In this document: positions 38,498-48,858 of the stretch, in pieces
Numbering within the stretch: position 1 is the stretch's first letter
Layout of the letters: every line of letters starts with the position of its first letter
Source of the DNA: Candidatus Poribacteria bacterium
GTDB taxonomy: Bacteria; Poribacteria; WGA-4E; WGA-3G
Reading direction: 5' to 3'
Assembly (NCBI GenBank): GCA_965197475.1
Contig: CBDANF010000003.1
Location: 256,001 to 320,000, forward strand
Length of the DNA stretch: 64,000 nt
Notes under the pieces: model-generated
Told to the model about the DNA's origin: nothing
What the model saw: the letters and a program-made list of their open reading frames with translations, nothing else
The model's database searches: none
Program-made: the position numbers and the translations under genes

Positions 38498-41497
38498 TTA
38501 ATTTCCCTCTAAATTTGCCTGCTTATCAGAATCGGGTGGGTTGCCGAGCCAGAGTTCTACAGCCGGACTGCTTGCAATACGCCGATTTCCAACTGAAGCG
38601 TTAATGACAAAGGTATACGGCCTTGTCTGTTTATTTCCAATGAATGGGTTTCGTCGTATTTCGTTCCTTCCACTGGTGATAATGTTCGGAACAAGCGTTA
38701 TTGTTGCTTCGGACGTGCCTCTACGGAGTACGGTTGTTTGTCGCTGGAGCCTCACACCAACCGGCAAACCAACTACAGTCAAATTCATGTTTTGTCGGTT
38801 ACCTCTCCTACGATCAACTTTCACGGTAATATCAACCGGTCCGTCTGGGGTAACGACGACTTCGTTAGGAGTAGCAGATACAATAATAGGTGAAGACTCC
38901 GTTACACTGACGACAATGTTTTTGCGCTGAACAGTCCGATCATTGTTCCGAATTTGATATACCTGCACGGGAGATGCGGCACGCCGGATTTGATGTCCGG
39001 ATGTTGTGGTAACAATGCCGACTACCTCGACAACACTATGTGCTAAGTCAGCACCTGGTGCAGCCGTTAAGGTTAGATAACCTTGGTCATTTCCGCCTTC
39101 AGATAGAATTGCACTCTGACTCGCAGTGATCCCGGGTGGAAGATTCTCAACGGAGAGCAGGATCGGTTCTGTAAATCCGACTCGACGTTGTAATGTCACA
39201 TCTAACAGCACTGTACCGCCACGACCAATATTTGGGTTATCGGGTGTTACCGAGATAGCAAAATCCGGGGAGGTTGGACGGACATCTAAGTGATAAACAT
39301 AACCTGCCCCACCTTTACCGGAAACATCTTCAACGCGGAGTGCATAGTCACCAGGCCGAGCAAAACTGTAATCAATAATCGCATTCCGTCTTCCACCCCT
39401 GCCAGCGTTATTTCTTAACACTCTGCCTTCAGCATTCAACAAGGTTAAGGAAGGACTCAGTGGCGAGTTCAGGTTTTCTGCGGATAGATCAATAGAATAA
39501 CCGCCGATGTCAGCGAAGAATCCCCAAGGCCCGTAACCGTTTGTGATCTTGAAAAGAATTTTGTTGCGACCTTTGGATACTGGTAACTCAATAACATCGT
39601 CCCCTCGGCTGAGAGCCCGATGTACATATTTACTGAAGATCAATTGATCGTTCACCCATATCTTAATCGTGTCGTCGGAACCGAGGGATAAGAGATACTT
39701 CTGGTCTCGCTCTGATTCAAAGTAGGTCAAAGCGTATCCGGTAACATCGTCTTCTGGGACATTAGAGAATACGTTTTGGCCTCTGTTGTTGGTCTTATAC
39801 CATTTTATTTTCCGCCCATCTTTACCGATATATTCTTTTTCAAGATCAATTTTAACCTCAGGCGGATAGACGGTATCAAACCCTTTTTCATCTGCATTAT
39901 CAAACGGGTGGATAACCCACCAAGGTCCGAGACGAGAGCCTTCTTCGATCGTAAAGCGATAATAGTCCACCTCCCCCGGTTCAGAAATACGTCCACTTAT
40001 TGCACCAGGAGTGGTAATGCGTTGGGAACTCTCAATCCGTTTTGCGATGAGCTGCCCCATACGGACAACCTCCTCAGCAACGAAGGCGATAATGCGATCG
40101 CGCTCAGTAAGTGTGATGTCTGCGTTGTCTTTCTCTGCCATGCGTGTGATAGTGTTTTCCCACTGCTCAGCGGTTAGGGCGCGATTTTCTGGGGAACGAA
40201 GTTCGTGGCATGCAGTGCATTTTGTTTGGAAAATAATTTCGGACTCGGTGTTCTTCGCTTGACCTTCGTTTTCTTCAGAAGTGTCTGAAGTCTCGTTATG
40301 AGCAATATTCTCAGGTGCAAGTTCAACATCCTCAGAATATTCGTTCGCGATGAATGGAAAGATACCATAGGATGTGCGAATGAGTTTGACCCCTGGCTGT
40401 TGATCGCTTGGTAATTCAACTTCCCACTTTGTTTCTGGGAGGTTTTCGCCCCCAATTGTTGTTTCAATTGTGTTTCCAATTTTTCCGCCCGTTGGGAAAA
40501 TATAGGTGTTGTAGGGGACAACACCACTCGTCAAACGGTAAACAGAATCTGGATTGCCACGAAAGAGTAGGTCACGGACACGTAGAGAATAGATGCCATC
40601 TTCGGGCAGCGTGAAGTCAATAAGCGGGTCAAGACTGTAGAACCCATTACTGCGAGCAAGTTCCTTGCCTTGCACATCAAAAAGTGAGATTGTTGGATTG
40701 AAAAACTGTTGACTGATGTTGTTATATCGATACGCTTTCACGTTGAAAACGCAGCGATCACCTTTTGTTCCGTTAAAGGTGTAAAAATCTTCATCACCAC
40801 CTGGATTAACAACGCCATTGATGATGATAGGCAATTCTATGGCAGTGGCATCTTCAGGGAGGTTGTTAGATTCAGTTTCAAAAATGTCATCTACATCAGT
40901 GATTTCAAAGGGCCATGCAGTAGATGCACCGTTTTTACCAACGATACGGATTTCACGCACACCGATTGGGGCATCGGACGCGATGACTAACTCTGCTGTC
41001 ATCCCGCCACTTGCTCTTGCAGCGGATTTTAAGTAGCGAACGATTTTGGTTTGATCATCCTCACTGATTTCCGCGCCTTTGTTCCGAACCATGCGTTGGA
41101 CGACAGATGCCCACTGTGTTGCAGTCATAGAACGGTTACTCGGGGAACGGAGTTCATGACATTGACCGCAATTCGCTTTGAAAACAGGTTTATGTGTTTC
41201 ATCAACTTCCCCACCACCAGCGTTGAGTTTGCCAGTAATGCCGGGTTCACCTTCAACAATGAGGGTATGCGCGCCATCCAAATCTGAACCTTGAATTTTC
41301 ACCTCAACGGTCTTTCCTACTTGTGCTCCCGTCGGAAAGAGAGAATTCAGTCGTGGTGTGGCTTGTGCAAAGACGGAAAGCGGCGCACCCATTGAAACAA
41401 GAAGCAACAGATGCAGAAGAGGTTTCAAATACCGCCTTGATCGCGAATTGAGGCGTTGATTTGGATAGAAATGGTTATTTTTTTTGTTGACATACAT
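38498..41497 (-). CDS. Secreted PPC-domain protein with two c-type heme sites and a PA14-like domain
   Basis: Signal peptide, FPTGAQVG, ExExNN, DEDFY/EVDYY PPC motifs, CGQCH and CTACH, GSDDTIKIWVN. Confidence 0.75.
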   Translation of the reverse strand: MYVNKKNNHFYPNQRLNSRSRRYLKPLLHLLLLVSMGAPLSVFAQATPRLNSLFPTGAQVGKTVEVKIQGSDLDGAHTLIVEGEPGITGKLNAGGGEVDETHKPVFKANCGQCHELRSPSNRSMTATQWASVVQRMVRNKGAEISEDDQTKIVRYLKSAARASGGMTAELVIASDAPIGVREIRIVGKNGASTAWPFEITDVDDIFETESNNLPEDATAIELPIIINGVVNPGGDEDFYTFNGTKGDRCVFNVKAYRYNNISQQFFNPTISLFDVQGKELARSNGFYSLDPLIDFTLPEDGIYSLRVRDLLFRGNPDSVYRLTSGVVPYNTYIFPTGGKIGNTIETTIGGENLPETKWEVELPSDQQPGVKLIRTSYGIFPFIANEYSEDVELAPENIAHNETSDTSEENEGQAKNTESEIIFQTKCTACHELRSPENRALTAEQWENTITRMAEKDNADITLTERDRIIAFVAEEVVRMGQLIAKRIESSQRITTPGAISGRISEPGEVDYYRFTIEEGSRLGPWWVIHPFDNADEKGFDTVYPPEVKIDLEKEYIGKDGRKIKWYKTNNRGQNVFSNVPEDDVTGYALTYFESERDQKYLLSLGSDDTIKIWVNDQLIFSKYVHRALSRGDDVIELPVSKGRNKILFKITNGYGPWGFFADIGGYSIDLSAENLNSPLSPSLTLLNAEGRVLRNNAGRGGRRNAIIDYSFARPGDYALRVEDVSGKGGAGYVYHLDVRPTSPDFAISVTPDNPNIGRGGTVLLDVTLQRRVGFTEPILLSVENLPPGITASQSAILSEGGNDQGYLTLTAAPGADLAHSVVEVVGIVTTTSGHQIRRAASPVQVYQIRNNDRTVQRKNIVVSVTESSPIIVSATPNEVVVTPDGPVDITVKVDRRRGNRQNMNLTVVGLPVGVRLQRQTTVLRRGTSEATITLVPNIITSGRNEIRRNPFIGNKQTRPYTFVINASVGNRRIASSPAVELWLGNPPDSDKQANLEGN

Positions 41498-41585
41498 GAA
41501 TGTTACCTCCAAAATCAGCACGTAGGGGATACAGATTCGCTAAGACCGCGCATCTCAGCGTTGATTCCCTCCCACAATAATAACG

Positions 41586-42623
41586 TTAGAATTCGTGAGT
41601 TAATTTATTGTTTCTAATACTCCAGATTCGAACTTTTCCATCACGGCCGCCTGCGGCAACTCGATCACCGTCACGACTTATCTGTACGGCATAGACAGCA
41701 TCTGTGGAGTCGTTAAAGGTACGACGGCGGTTGCCGTTGTTGATGTTCCACACAATCACGGAAGTATCAGCACTACCGGAAGCGATAATTTCTTGGTTGT
41801 TCCAAATACCACAATCAACGCTATAGACAGCTCCCTGGTGTCCGTTGAATTGCCGAACGAGTGCACCTCGGGTATTACCGTTGTTGTTTTGGGTGACTCT
41901 CCAGGAGCGGACTACATTATCCGCGGATCCTGAAACGATAAGGTTTTCTTGTGTTGCGTAGGCAAGTGAATATACTGAATCGTCGTTACCATCAAAACTG
42001 ACGAGCACCGTATAACTCTCTGGATCCCACACTTTTAAGGTTTTATCTTCGCTACCAGTGACAAAGTAGTTACCGTTTGGATGGTACAGTGTGCAAAGCA
42101 CTCTGCCAACGTGTTGCGTGAGCCATTTTGCTTGATCGTCTATCGGTGTAGCATCATCAAGTTTCTGTAAGTCAATGACAGTACTATATTCGTCCATGCT
42201 TGCTGTGAGTAACTTACCGTTATCGGGACTAATGGCGATAGATTCGATGGTATCGCCGTGAATTTCAAGCGTTTTAATGAGTTCTTCTGAAGCGACATCC
42301 CATAAACGGATTTCACCGCTTTGAGCTGCCATGCCGCCGCTTGCGTACAACATTTTACCATCGGTAGAAAACTTTAGGCATCGTACTCGGCCTGCATGGG
42401 GTTCATAGACACGAGTCATTTCCTGAGTCTCTAAATCCCAGAGTTCTACCCACTGATATTTTCCAACGGCGAGCGTTTTTCCATCAGGACTAAATTGAAG
42501 TGCCCAGATAGGAGACAAAAGTTCCGCTTTTTCCTGTGAGGGTTCATCTGCTTCTGTTATATTTCCGAACAGTGTAAACACCAGGATAGCGAATAAGAAA
42601 AGAGAGTAATTGCGGTTTTTCAT
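41586..42623 (-). CDS. Secreted WD40-repeat protein
   Basis: Signal peptide; repeated GH...SGSxDxxxxxW units. Confidence 0.9.
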   Translation of the reverse strand: MKNRNYSLFLFAILVFTLFGNITEADEPSQEKAELLSPIWALQFSPDGKTLAVGKYQWVELWDLETQEMTRVYEPHAGRVRCLKFSTDGKMLYASGGMAAQSGEIRLWDVASEELIKTLEIHGDTIESIAISPDNGKLLTASMDEYSTVIDLQKLDDATPIDDQAKWLTQHVGRVLCTLYHPNGNYFVTGSEDKTLKVWDPESYTVLVSFDGNDDSVYSLAYATQENLIVSGSADNVVRSWRVTQNNNGNTRGALVRQFNGHQGAVYSVDCGIWNNQEIIASGSADTSVIVWNINNGNRRRTFNDSTDAVYAVQISRDGDRVAAGGRDGKVRIWSIRNNKLTHEF

Positions 42624-42862
42624 GGTCTTATCCTAAGTTAACGAGGATGGTTCGTTAGAGATGGAGATAATGGGGAAGGTTTGTAGTAGCGGATTGGCAG
42701 TCAGTCGAACGTGCAATAAGTTCTGCTACTACAGGTTACCCGCGCCATCCGTAGATAAGAATTATACACCAACCTCGGTTAGCAGCAGGTAGCACGAGAT
42801 CAACGTCGCAATCGAAACGTTTGTTGACCTCGTACTACAAGTATAGTGGAATGCTATTCTGT

Positions 42863-44176
42863 CTAAGCCAAGACACCCCGGATCGGTCGTCCGCCTCTTG
42901 AAAGGACAATACGGACACCATCAGGAGATTCAATGCTCTGATTATAATCAATACCGAGACTCTGATAGATAGTGGCTGACAAATCTTCAGGTCGGACGGG
43001 TGTTTCGGCGGGTTCCATTCCAAAGGGATCGGATGCACCGACAATCTGTCCACCGTTAACACCGCCACCCGCTAACATCATAGAGAAAACGCGGGAGTGG
43101 TGATCACGCCCACCGTTTCGGTTGATGACAGGGGTTCTACCGAATTCACCCATGGCGAGTACCAGTGTGCTTTCAAGTAGTCCACGTTCGGAAAGATCGT
43201 TAATCAGGGTCGCCATTGTCTGGTCAAAAGCATTAAGTTTCCCCGGCAAGGATGAGAAGATATTGTTGTGGTTATCCCAACCGCCATTGCTGACAGTGAC
43301 GAAATTTACGCCCGCTTCAACAAGTCTTCGTGCAAGGAGACAGCTTTGTCCAAATGTGTCTCGACGATACGCATCGCGCGCCTTTTTGGGTTCTTTTGAA
43401 AGATCAAATGCGGCGCGAGCATCCTCGGAACTCATCAGGTTGTAAGCAGCGTTATAGAAATTATCCATGGCTTCAACCCTTGGATTCCCTGCTTCGTATT
43501 TCTTGAAAGCATTATCAACGGCTTGACGCAAGTTCTTTCGGTTTTCAACGCGTTCAAAAGAGACACCTCTCGGTGGTTCCATATCGCGCACCTTGAAATT
43601 GTTGCTTGCTGGGTTGCCATCTGGAGAGAACGGCGCAAGCGAGGCACCTAAGAACCCACCACCGGCATAAGCAACAGGTGACGGAATGGCGATGTAAGGT
43701 GGCAAAGCACTCCGCTGTTCTTTGAGTTTAGAAACAACGGCACCGTGACCAGGAACTGCAAAGCCGGGCAAAGGTTGATAACCTGTTATCATATAATGGG
43801 TGCCACGCTCATGAGCAGCTTCCGGTGAGGTCATTGAACGGATAATACAAAGCTTATCTGCTTGTTTTGCAAGCCTCGGCATGTGTTCACTAATCTGAAC
43901 ACCGTTGGCGTTTGTGGAAATAGGTTTGAACAGACCACGGATCTCTTCAGGCGCATTGGGTTTGAGATCCCACATATCAAGATGGCTTGGACCGCCGCCT
44001 AACCATACAAGAATAACCGATTTGGCTGTACCTGGTTTGGCAGTAGGCTCCGCTATCGCTTTAAGACGGAAAAAGTCTGTGAGACCGAAGCCGAAAAGTC
44101 CTAAGACACCAGCTTTAATTAGGTCTCTGCGATAAAATCCTTCACAGTCTGTGTTTGTGCAGTCTCTTTGAGGCAT
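42863..44176 (-). CDS. DUF1501 domain protein (probably Tat-exported)
   Basis: RRDLIK Tat-like motif, GGPSHLDMWDLKP, GQSCLLARRLVEAGV, WDNH, GEFGRTP, GRDH. Confidence 0.92.
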   Translation of the reverse strand: MPQRDCTNTDCEGFYRRDLIKAGVLGLFGFGLTDFFRLKAIAEPTAKPGTAKSVILVWLGGGPSHLDMWDLKPNAPEEIRGLFKPISTNANGVQISEHMPRLAKQADKLCIIRSMTSPEAAHERGTHYMITGYQPLPGFAVPGHGAVVSKLKEQRSALPPYIAIPSPVAYAGGGFLGASLAPFSPDGNPASNNFKVRDMEPPRGVSFERVENRKNLRQAVDNAFKKYEAGNPRVEAMDNFYNAAYNLMSSEDARAAFDLSKEPKKARDAYRRDTFGQSCLLARRLVEAGVNFVTVSNGGWDNHNNIFSSLPGKLNAFDQTMATLINDLSERGLLESTLVLAMGEFGRTPVINRNGGRDHHSRVFSMMLAGGGVNGGQIVGASDPFGMEPAETPVRPEDLSATIYQSLGIDYNQSIESPDGVRIVLSRGGRPIRGVLA

Positions 44177-44562
44177 AGGGTCCTCCTAATATTTGGTTAG
44201 CAGTTATCTCGTAATGTTGAACTTTCTTTTATTCACAAACGTTGTGGCATATTACATCGGAGGGTTTTATCTTGGTAATGATGCAAGATTCGGAGCGGAA
44301 AACCTTCCTAACCGCACTTCACGATGAGAAATTGTTTAATTATATCTTATTAAAAAGGTTAAGTCAAGGGAAAAATACAAAAAGTGTGCAAAATTTTGAC
44401 ACTCAATACTAAATGTCTTTGGTAAAGTATTTCAATTTAAACTTTTGCCCCTACGAAACAGATTCCAACCAATTAATAGCAGCCTATTCGTCTTGCTCAA
44501 TAGCGATTTCAATGGCGCGCTTGGCATTTGCCGCCTCTTACAACTTTCTTTGTGAGAATTTC

Positions 44563-46029
44563 CTACAATCTTTGCCGAAGTTTGAGGATTTTGAGCCAAT
44601 TTTGTGCTTTAGGTATACTGGTATCAAGCGGCTCTTTCATTTCAAAACATTCGGTTTGTCCTGCATAGATGTGGTGCCAGTCAACAATACACGGCATTTT
44701 TTGTTTTTTAAGGTTTCGCATAAGATACCCGCGAACCCTTGCGCGCGTGTTACGAGGTGCGTTGCTAATGGCATGACTAATTTGTTGGTCTGTAATCACC
44801 CGTCTCATACACCCTTCGCTTTGAAGCGCGTAGAAGATACTGCTTTCAGGGTCAATATTGTGGTATTCTAAATCAAGGCTTTTGAGCCACGGATCATCCC
44901 AAGTCAACTCCTCTTCGTCGACTAAAGCGTCAAGAAACCATTTTTTCGCTGCCCAATCAAGCCGTGTTGTGAGTCGTGTCCAATCTGTTTCCAGGTCATT
45001 GAGGACAGTTTCCCATTCAGCGAGAATCCACGCAGCAGTTTCATCAGGTTGAGTTATCATGTTTTGGACAAAATTGAGATATTCGCGTTGAACGTCAATG
45101 GCAGAAACAGTTCTACCGTTCTGCAGATCAACCTGCCATGCAAAGGTAGTGTCTCGTGAAATATGCCGAATAGCAGCGATAGGGTCTGTAAGATCAAGAT
45201 TCGGGATCGGAAGTTTTTCACCATGAATTTCATAATGTATCTCAATGGCATCAAGGATGAGCGCAGTTGTGCCGACTTTGAGCGCAGTCGCATACTCCGA
45301 CATGTTGGAGTCGCCCACGAGAAGATGGAGTCTGCGGTATTTTGTATAATCACTGAGCGGTTCATCGCGCGTATTGATGATAGCTCTGCTAAACTGAATC
45401 CATTCATAGATTTCAGTGACGATGTGGTCAGCCCGTTGGGATATTTGGTATCCGATAAAGTCGTCAGTGCTGTATTGCCCATCTCCAAATTCAAGGATGT
45501 CATCGTATCCGCCGACCCTTCCTGTGCCAGCGTAAATCTGTCGCGTCACAAAGAAAGGGAGCAGGGTTGGGATGACGATCTTATAGAAGGGGACATCGCG
45601 TCGCGCCTGAAAGTTCTCATGGCATCCAAAAGTTGCACCTGTAAAATGGTCTATGTTGTTTTTGTAGAAGACGACGTGTGCGGAAAGACCGGTGTCTTGT
45701 AAAATCGCTGTGATGACGTGTTCAATGGCTTTATCGTAAGCGATGAGGTCAAAGAGGCTCCCGCACTCCGGTGTTGCGTATTCAAGATGCCCCATGTCTA
45801 TGTAGAGTCTACCACCGTTAAAGAGGAAACCACCATTGCCGGGAGGTTCGCCCCAGTCACGATAGTGCAGATCGGGGATACCGAGTTCAAGTGTTTTGAA
45901 GACATGGTCTCTGACGCGAGCAGCGATACCTTCAGGTGATACTTTGATACGTTGTGTCTGCATCGCCTGAGACTGAATCATGCACCCAAATTCAGTTTCG
46001 ATTCCCATTATTCTGTGTGTCACGGGCAT
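44563..46029 (-). CDS. pafA: Pup/UBact-protein ligase (PafA family)
   Basis: GIETEFG, FLFNGGRLYIDMGHLEYATPEC, GCHENF, INTRDEP, RRLHLLVGDSNMSE, LDLEYH. Confidence 0.9.
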   Translation of the reverse strand: MPVTHRIMGIETEFGCMIQSQAMQTQRIKVSPEGIAARVRDHVFKTLELGIPDLHYRDWGEPPGNGGFLFNGGRLYIDMGHLEYATPECGSLFDLIAYDKAIEHVITAILQDTGLSAHVVFYKNNIDHFTGATFGCHENFQARRDVPFYKIVIPTLLPFFVTRQIYAGTGRVGGYDDILEFGDGQYSTDDFIGYQISQRADHIVTEIYEWIQFSRAIINTRDEPLSDYTKYRRLHLLVGDSNMSEYATALKVGTTALILDAIEIHYEIHGEKLPIPNLDLTDPIAAIRHISRDTTFAWQVDLQNGRTVSAIDVQREYLNFVQNMITQPDETAAWILAEWETVLNDLETDWTRLTTRLDWAAKKWFLDALVDEEELTWDDPWLKSLDLEYHNIDPESSIFYALQSEGCMRRVITDQQISHAISNAPRNTRARVRGYLMRNLKKQKMPCIVDWHHIYAGQTECFEMKEPLDTSIPKAQNWLKILKLRQRL

Positions 46030-46120
46030 ATTCCCCTTTTTTCAATCGGCTATGGATAAGAGCACTATGTCTATAGAAAGGCGGCAACTTTGGTTATTTT
46101 AGATTCGACTATAAAATTTG

Positions 46121-46582
46121 TTAGTTGAATTCAATTTCAAGGATTGCATGGCTCCAAATCTTCCACATACCATTCTCTTCACGAAAAACATGAATTGTAT
46201 CAAGAATGTTATCATTGAATTCCGGTCCAGCCACTTGTTCCGTGGAAAACTTAAATCTGGCGACTGCGTACTCACCATCCTGTCCAATATATCGGAATAG
46301 GAGTAGATCATAATTTAGATCGTAAGTTCCAAACAGAATATTAGCAGTTTTTTCCGTCTGTGAGTAACCGGGAGATTCGGAATGTAGTGTCCCCAACATA
46401 GCATCCAGATCCTCCGTTCTTGTTGCTCTCAGGTTTTCTATTACTAACGCCTTGAGTTCTGCCTCAACATCTTCGTCGGCATCTGCCACAAAATCAGCAT
46501 TTTCAGGTGAGAATGCTACAAAATACAAACACAGAAGTAACATAATTGAGATAGCAGCATAAAACATTTTCATAATTGGCAC
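46121..46582 (-). CDS. NTF2/SnoaL-like domain protein with N-terminal hydrophobic segment
   Basis: EDLDAMLGTLH...FREENGMWKI pattern. Confidence 0.6.
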   Translation of the reverse strand: MPIMKMFYAAISIMLLLCLYFVAFSPENADFVADADEDVEAELKALVIENLRATRTEDLDAMLGTLHSESPGYSQTEKTANILFGTYDLNYDLLLFRYIGQDGEYAVARFKFSTEQVAGPEFNDNILDTIHVFREENGMWKIWSHAILEIEFN

Positions 46583-46754
46583 TCCTCAAAATTTTTGGTC
46601 ATATAATACAAATTAACTGGATTATTAGTTTTCTGATAAGGTCAGCATTGCAAGGAGGACCCAGAGACCTCGCGGGACAAATCGCGTTAATTCGGTATAA
46701 GGTAATTATTCAGCCCCATTGACAGCGAGTTTACAAAACACTCCTAACGCAGTT

Positions 46755-46900
46755 TATAATAACGTGAGTTTGGTAAAAACGAGACTTCGTGCTTCTCGTA
46801 GGGGCGAGCTCCCCTCGCCCGTAGGGGTTAGGCAACCTAACCCCTACGAAAATGTCCGCATATTTTTAGAATGTGCCATATATCAAACTCACGTTATAAT
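46755..46900. mobile_element. MITE-like element containing GTAGGGG REP-like hairpins
   Basis: ATAACGTGAGTTTG ... CAAACTCACGTTAT terminal inverted repeat; internal GTAGGGGCGAG..CTCGCCC and GTAGGGGTTAGG..CCTAACCCCTAC. Confidence 0.75.
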
Positions 46901-46961
46901 ATGATGGGTTCTACTATAGTTTTTAGTGGTGCAACTTATTGCGCAAATGTGCTATGAGAAG

Positions 46962-47735
46962 TTAATCTGCTGCATCGCGTGATCCCTGAATCTCATCATG
47001 CGTTAGGATACGGAATTTGGTGTCTCCAGGTAGGGAGCTATCTAATATACCAGCCTCAATTTCTCCATTCTCTAATTCAGTTTTAATAATTTCGTCTATC
47101 TGTTCGTCTGTTACTTCGGTGTTGTCTTCAGCATCTTCAGAACGTTGGCTTAGTCCTCTACCGACTGCCCATGTTTTGAGTGCCAACTGAAGCGCGTCTG
47201 TAAGGTCGCGTCCCGTATCAGATTGCGCGGCAGCGAGATAGTTTTGCATTGCGTTTTCGATTTCCATGGTGCCGCCAATTACTGCTGAGTCGTGTTGGAC
47301 TTTAACGTTACCATCATAGTTGATATGTGTAAATTGTGTTATGGCATCGCCATTGCCGATTTCAACGAGAAGCATTTTGATAATATATGCTTCACCGACG
47401 ATGGCTTCGAACGCTTGTTTGAAGGTGTGCGCCAAAACATAATGTGTTAATCGGTGCAGGTTTACATCTTCGGTCGCGCTCTGGAAAGCTTGGACGCTTG
47501 CAGTGTCGGTAACAAGCATTCGGAGACGTTCAATGTCGGCAGGGTGTCCGATGGCGGAGAGAGCAATTCGGTCATGAACTTCAAATATTTTTTGAGCACC
47601 TTTGGTAACAGTCAACAAGAGGCTGCCTTGTGCGTAAGGTAGTCCAACAACAGGACTTCCGAGTCTAAGTTGGTCTTCTATGTAGTCGCGCCGGTCCTGA
47701 ATTGCTTCAATCCAACGGTACGGCAGATCGCGCAT
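46962..47735 (-). CDS. prcA: 20S proteasome alpha subunit
   Basis: QDRRDYIEDQLRLGSPVV, KIFEVHDRIALSAIG, YDG; TAATG stop/start overlap with the beta gene. Confidence 0.85.
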   Translation of the reverse strand: MRDLPYRWIEAIQDRRDYIEDQLRLGSPVVGLPYAQGSLLLTVTKGAQKIFEVHDRIALSAIGHPADIERLRMLVTDTASVQAFQSATEDVNLHRLTHYVLAHTFKQAFEAIVGEAYIIKMLLVEIGNGDAITQFTHINYDGNVKVQHDSAVIGGTMEIENAMQNYLAAAQSDTGRDLTDALQLALKTWAVGRGLSQRSEDAEDNTEVTDEQIDEIIKTELENGEIEAGILDSSLPGDTKFRILTHDEIQGSRDAAD

Positions 47736-48607
47736 TATGTAGCCTCCACGTAACAATCTTTTAAGTATTCTTCAGCGAGTGTTTCAACTCCCTGTCTGGT
47801 GATAGTTTTGACAGTCGGAAAAATTTCGGCTTTCGCGTTGTATCCGCTGGTTGCTGCGTCATATTCACTTGCTGTATCAAGCATCCTTAAAATGGTGATG
47901 GTTGCCTGTCGTTGATCCATATTTTCCAACCGAGTTTCACCCCATCTGTCAAGGTAACGTAATACGCCACGGATCCAGATCGAACCGGAACCAGTTGTAG
48001 CGAAATCCACGTTCTCAAAGTGTGCGCCGAGTGCGTCGTAGAAGTAGATTTTACCGCCGTTCTCAGCTTCATCAGTATACGGTGCGTACAAAGCAAAGAT
48101 AGGGATAACCGCACCAATACCTTGCATTGCCATGGGGAGATTTTCACGGATAAGGCGCGAAAGGGTTCGGAGTTTTCCTTCTACGCTGAGTTCTTGGAGT
48201 TGACTTCGGCGGAAATATTGGAAAGAATGTTTTAAAACGCGTGCTATTTCATAAGCGGTCGCTGGTGCCCCAGATATCGCGAGAACAGAATGTGTGTCAA
48301 TCGGAAGGACTTTCTCAGCGCGGTCATGAACAACGGAGGTGCCGGCAGTTGCGCGCCGATCCCCTGCGATGATAATACCTTTTTTGTAACGCATAGCGAT
48401 AACCGTAGTAGCTTCCGTTAACTCAAACGTGGCACCTTGGGTTGGTTTTCCCTGCAATGGCAACTGAAAAGCATCACGCATTGGGTTTTTTGTGCCTTGA
48501 AAAATATCGTACGTTTCAGTTTCCGAGGTGCCGCGAGTCACTTCAGCATCAACTTGCAAGGTGTCAGCGTGTTTTAAAAGGCTGAGAAAGTCGCCTTTAG
48601 GGTTCAT
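47735..48607 (-). CDS. prcB: 20S proteasome beta subunit with propeptide
   Basis: EA-TTVIAMRY...AGDRRATAG...EKV...TGSGS (Thr1, Asp17, Lys33 pattern). Confidence 0.92.
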   Translation of the reverse strand: MNPKGDFLSLLKHADTLQVDAEVTRGTSETETYDIFQGTKNPMRDAFQLPLQGKPTQGATFELTEATTVIAMRYKKGIIIAGDRRATAGTSVVHDRAEKVLPIDTHSVLAISGAPATAYEIARVLKHSFQYFRRSQLQELSVEGKLRTLSRLIRENLPMAMQGIGAVIPIFALYAPYTDEAENGGKIYFYDALGAHFENVDFATTGSGSIWIRGVLRYLDRWGETRLENMDQRQATITILRMLDTASEYDAATSGYNAKAEIFPTVKTITRQGVETLAEEYLKDCYVEAT

Positions 48608-48804
48608 TATTCCCCCGTTCTTTGACGGTATCGCCGAGATTGGTCTTTGTCAACACGGCGCATACGTTTGAGGAGTTCTTGCGTGTCCGGTCTATTGACA
48701 TCAGGACGCTTGGGTGCGTTGCTGTCGTCGCCACCATCGCCGGGTTCAACCGGTTTTACTGGTCGCTGTTTGCGTTCGGGGAAATAGGCAATCTGGTCTT
48801 TCAT
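48607..48804 (-). CDS. ubact: Ubiquitin-like protein UBact (Pup analogue)
   Basis: 65 aa, disorder-like composition, LLKRMRRVD...RRYRQRTGE C-terminus; lies between dop and prcB; AAGGAG RBS. Confidence 0.9.
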   Translation of the reverse strand: MKDQIAYFPERKQRPVKPVEPGDGGDDSNAPKRPDVNRPDTQELLKRMRRVDKDQSRRYRQRTGE

Positions 48805-48858
48805 CAGAAATTCTCCTTAATTTGCTTTGTAGAGGCAGTTTCTGGCTTACAAGCCGGG

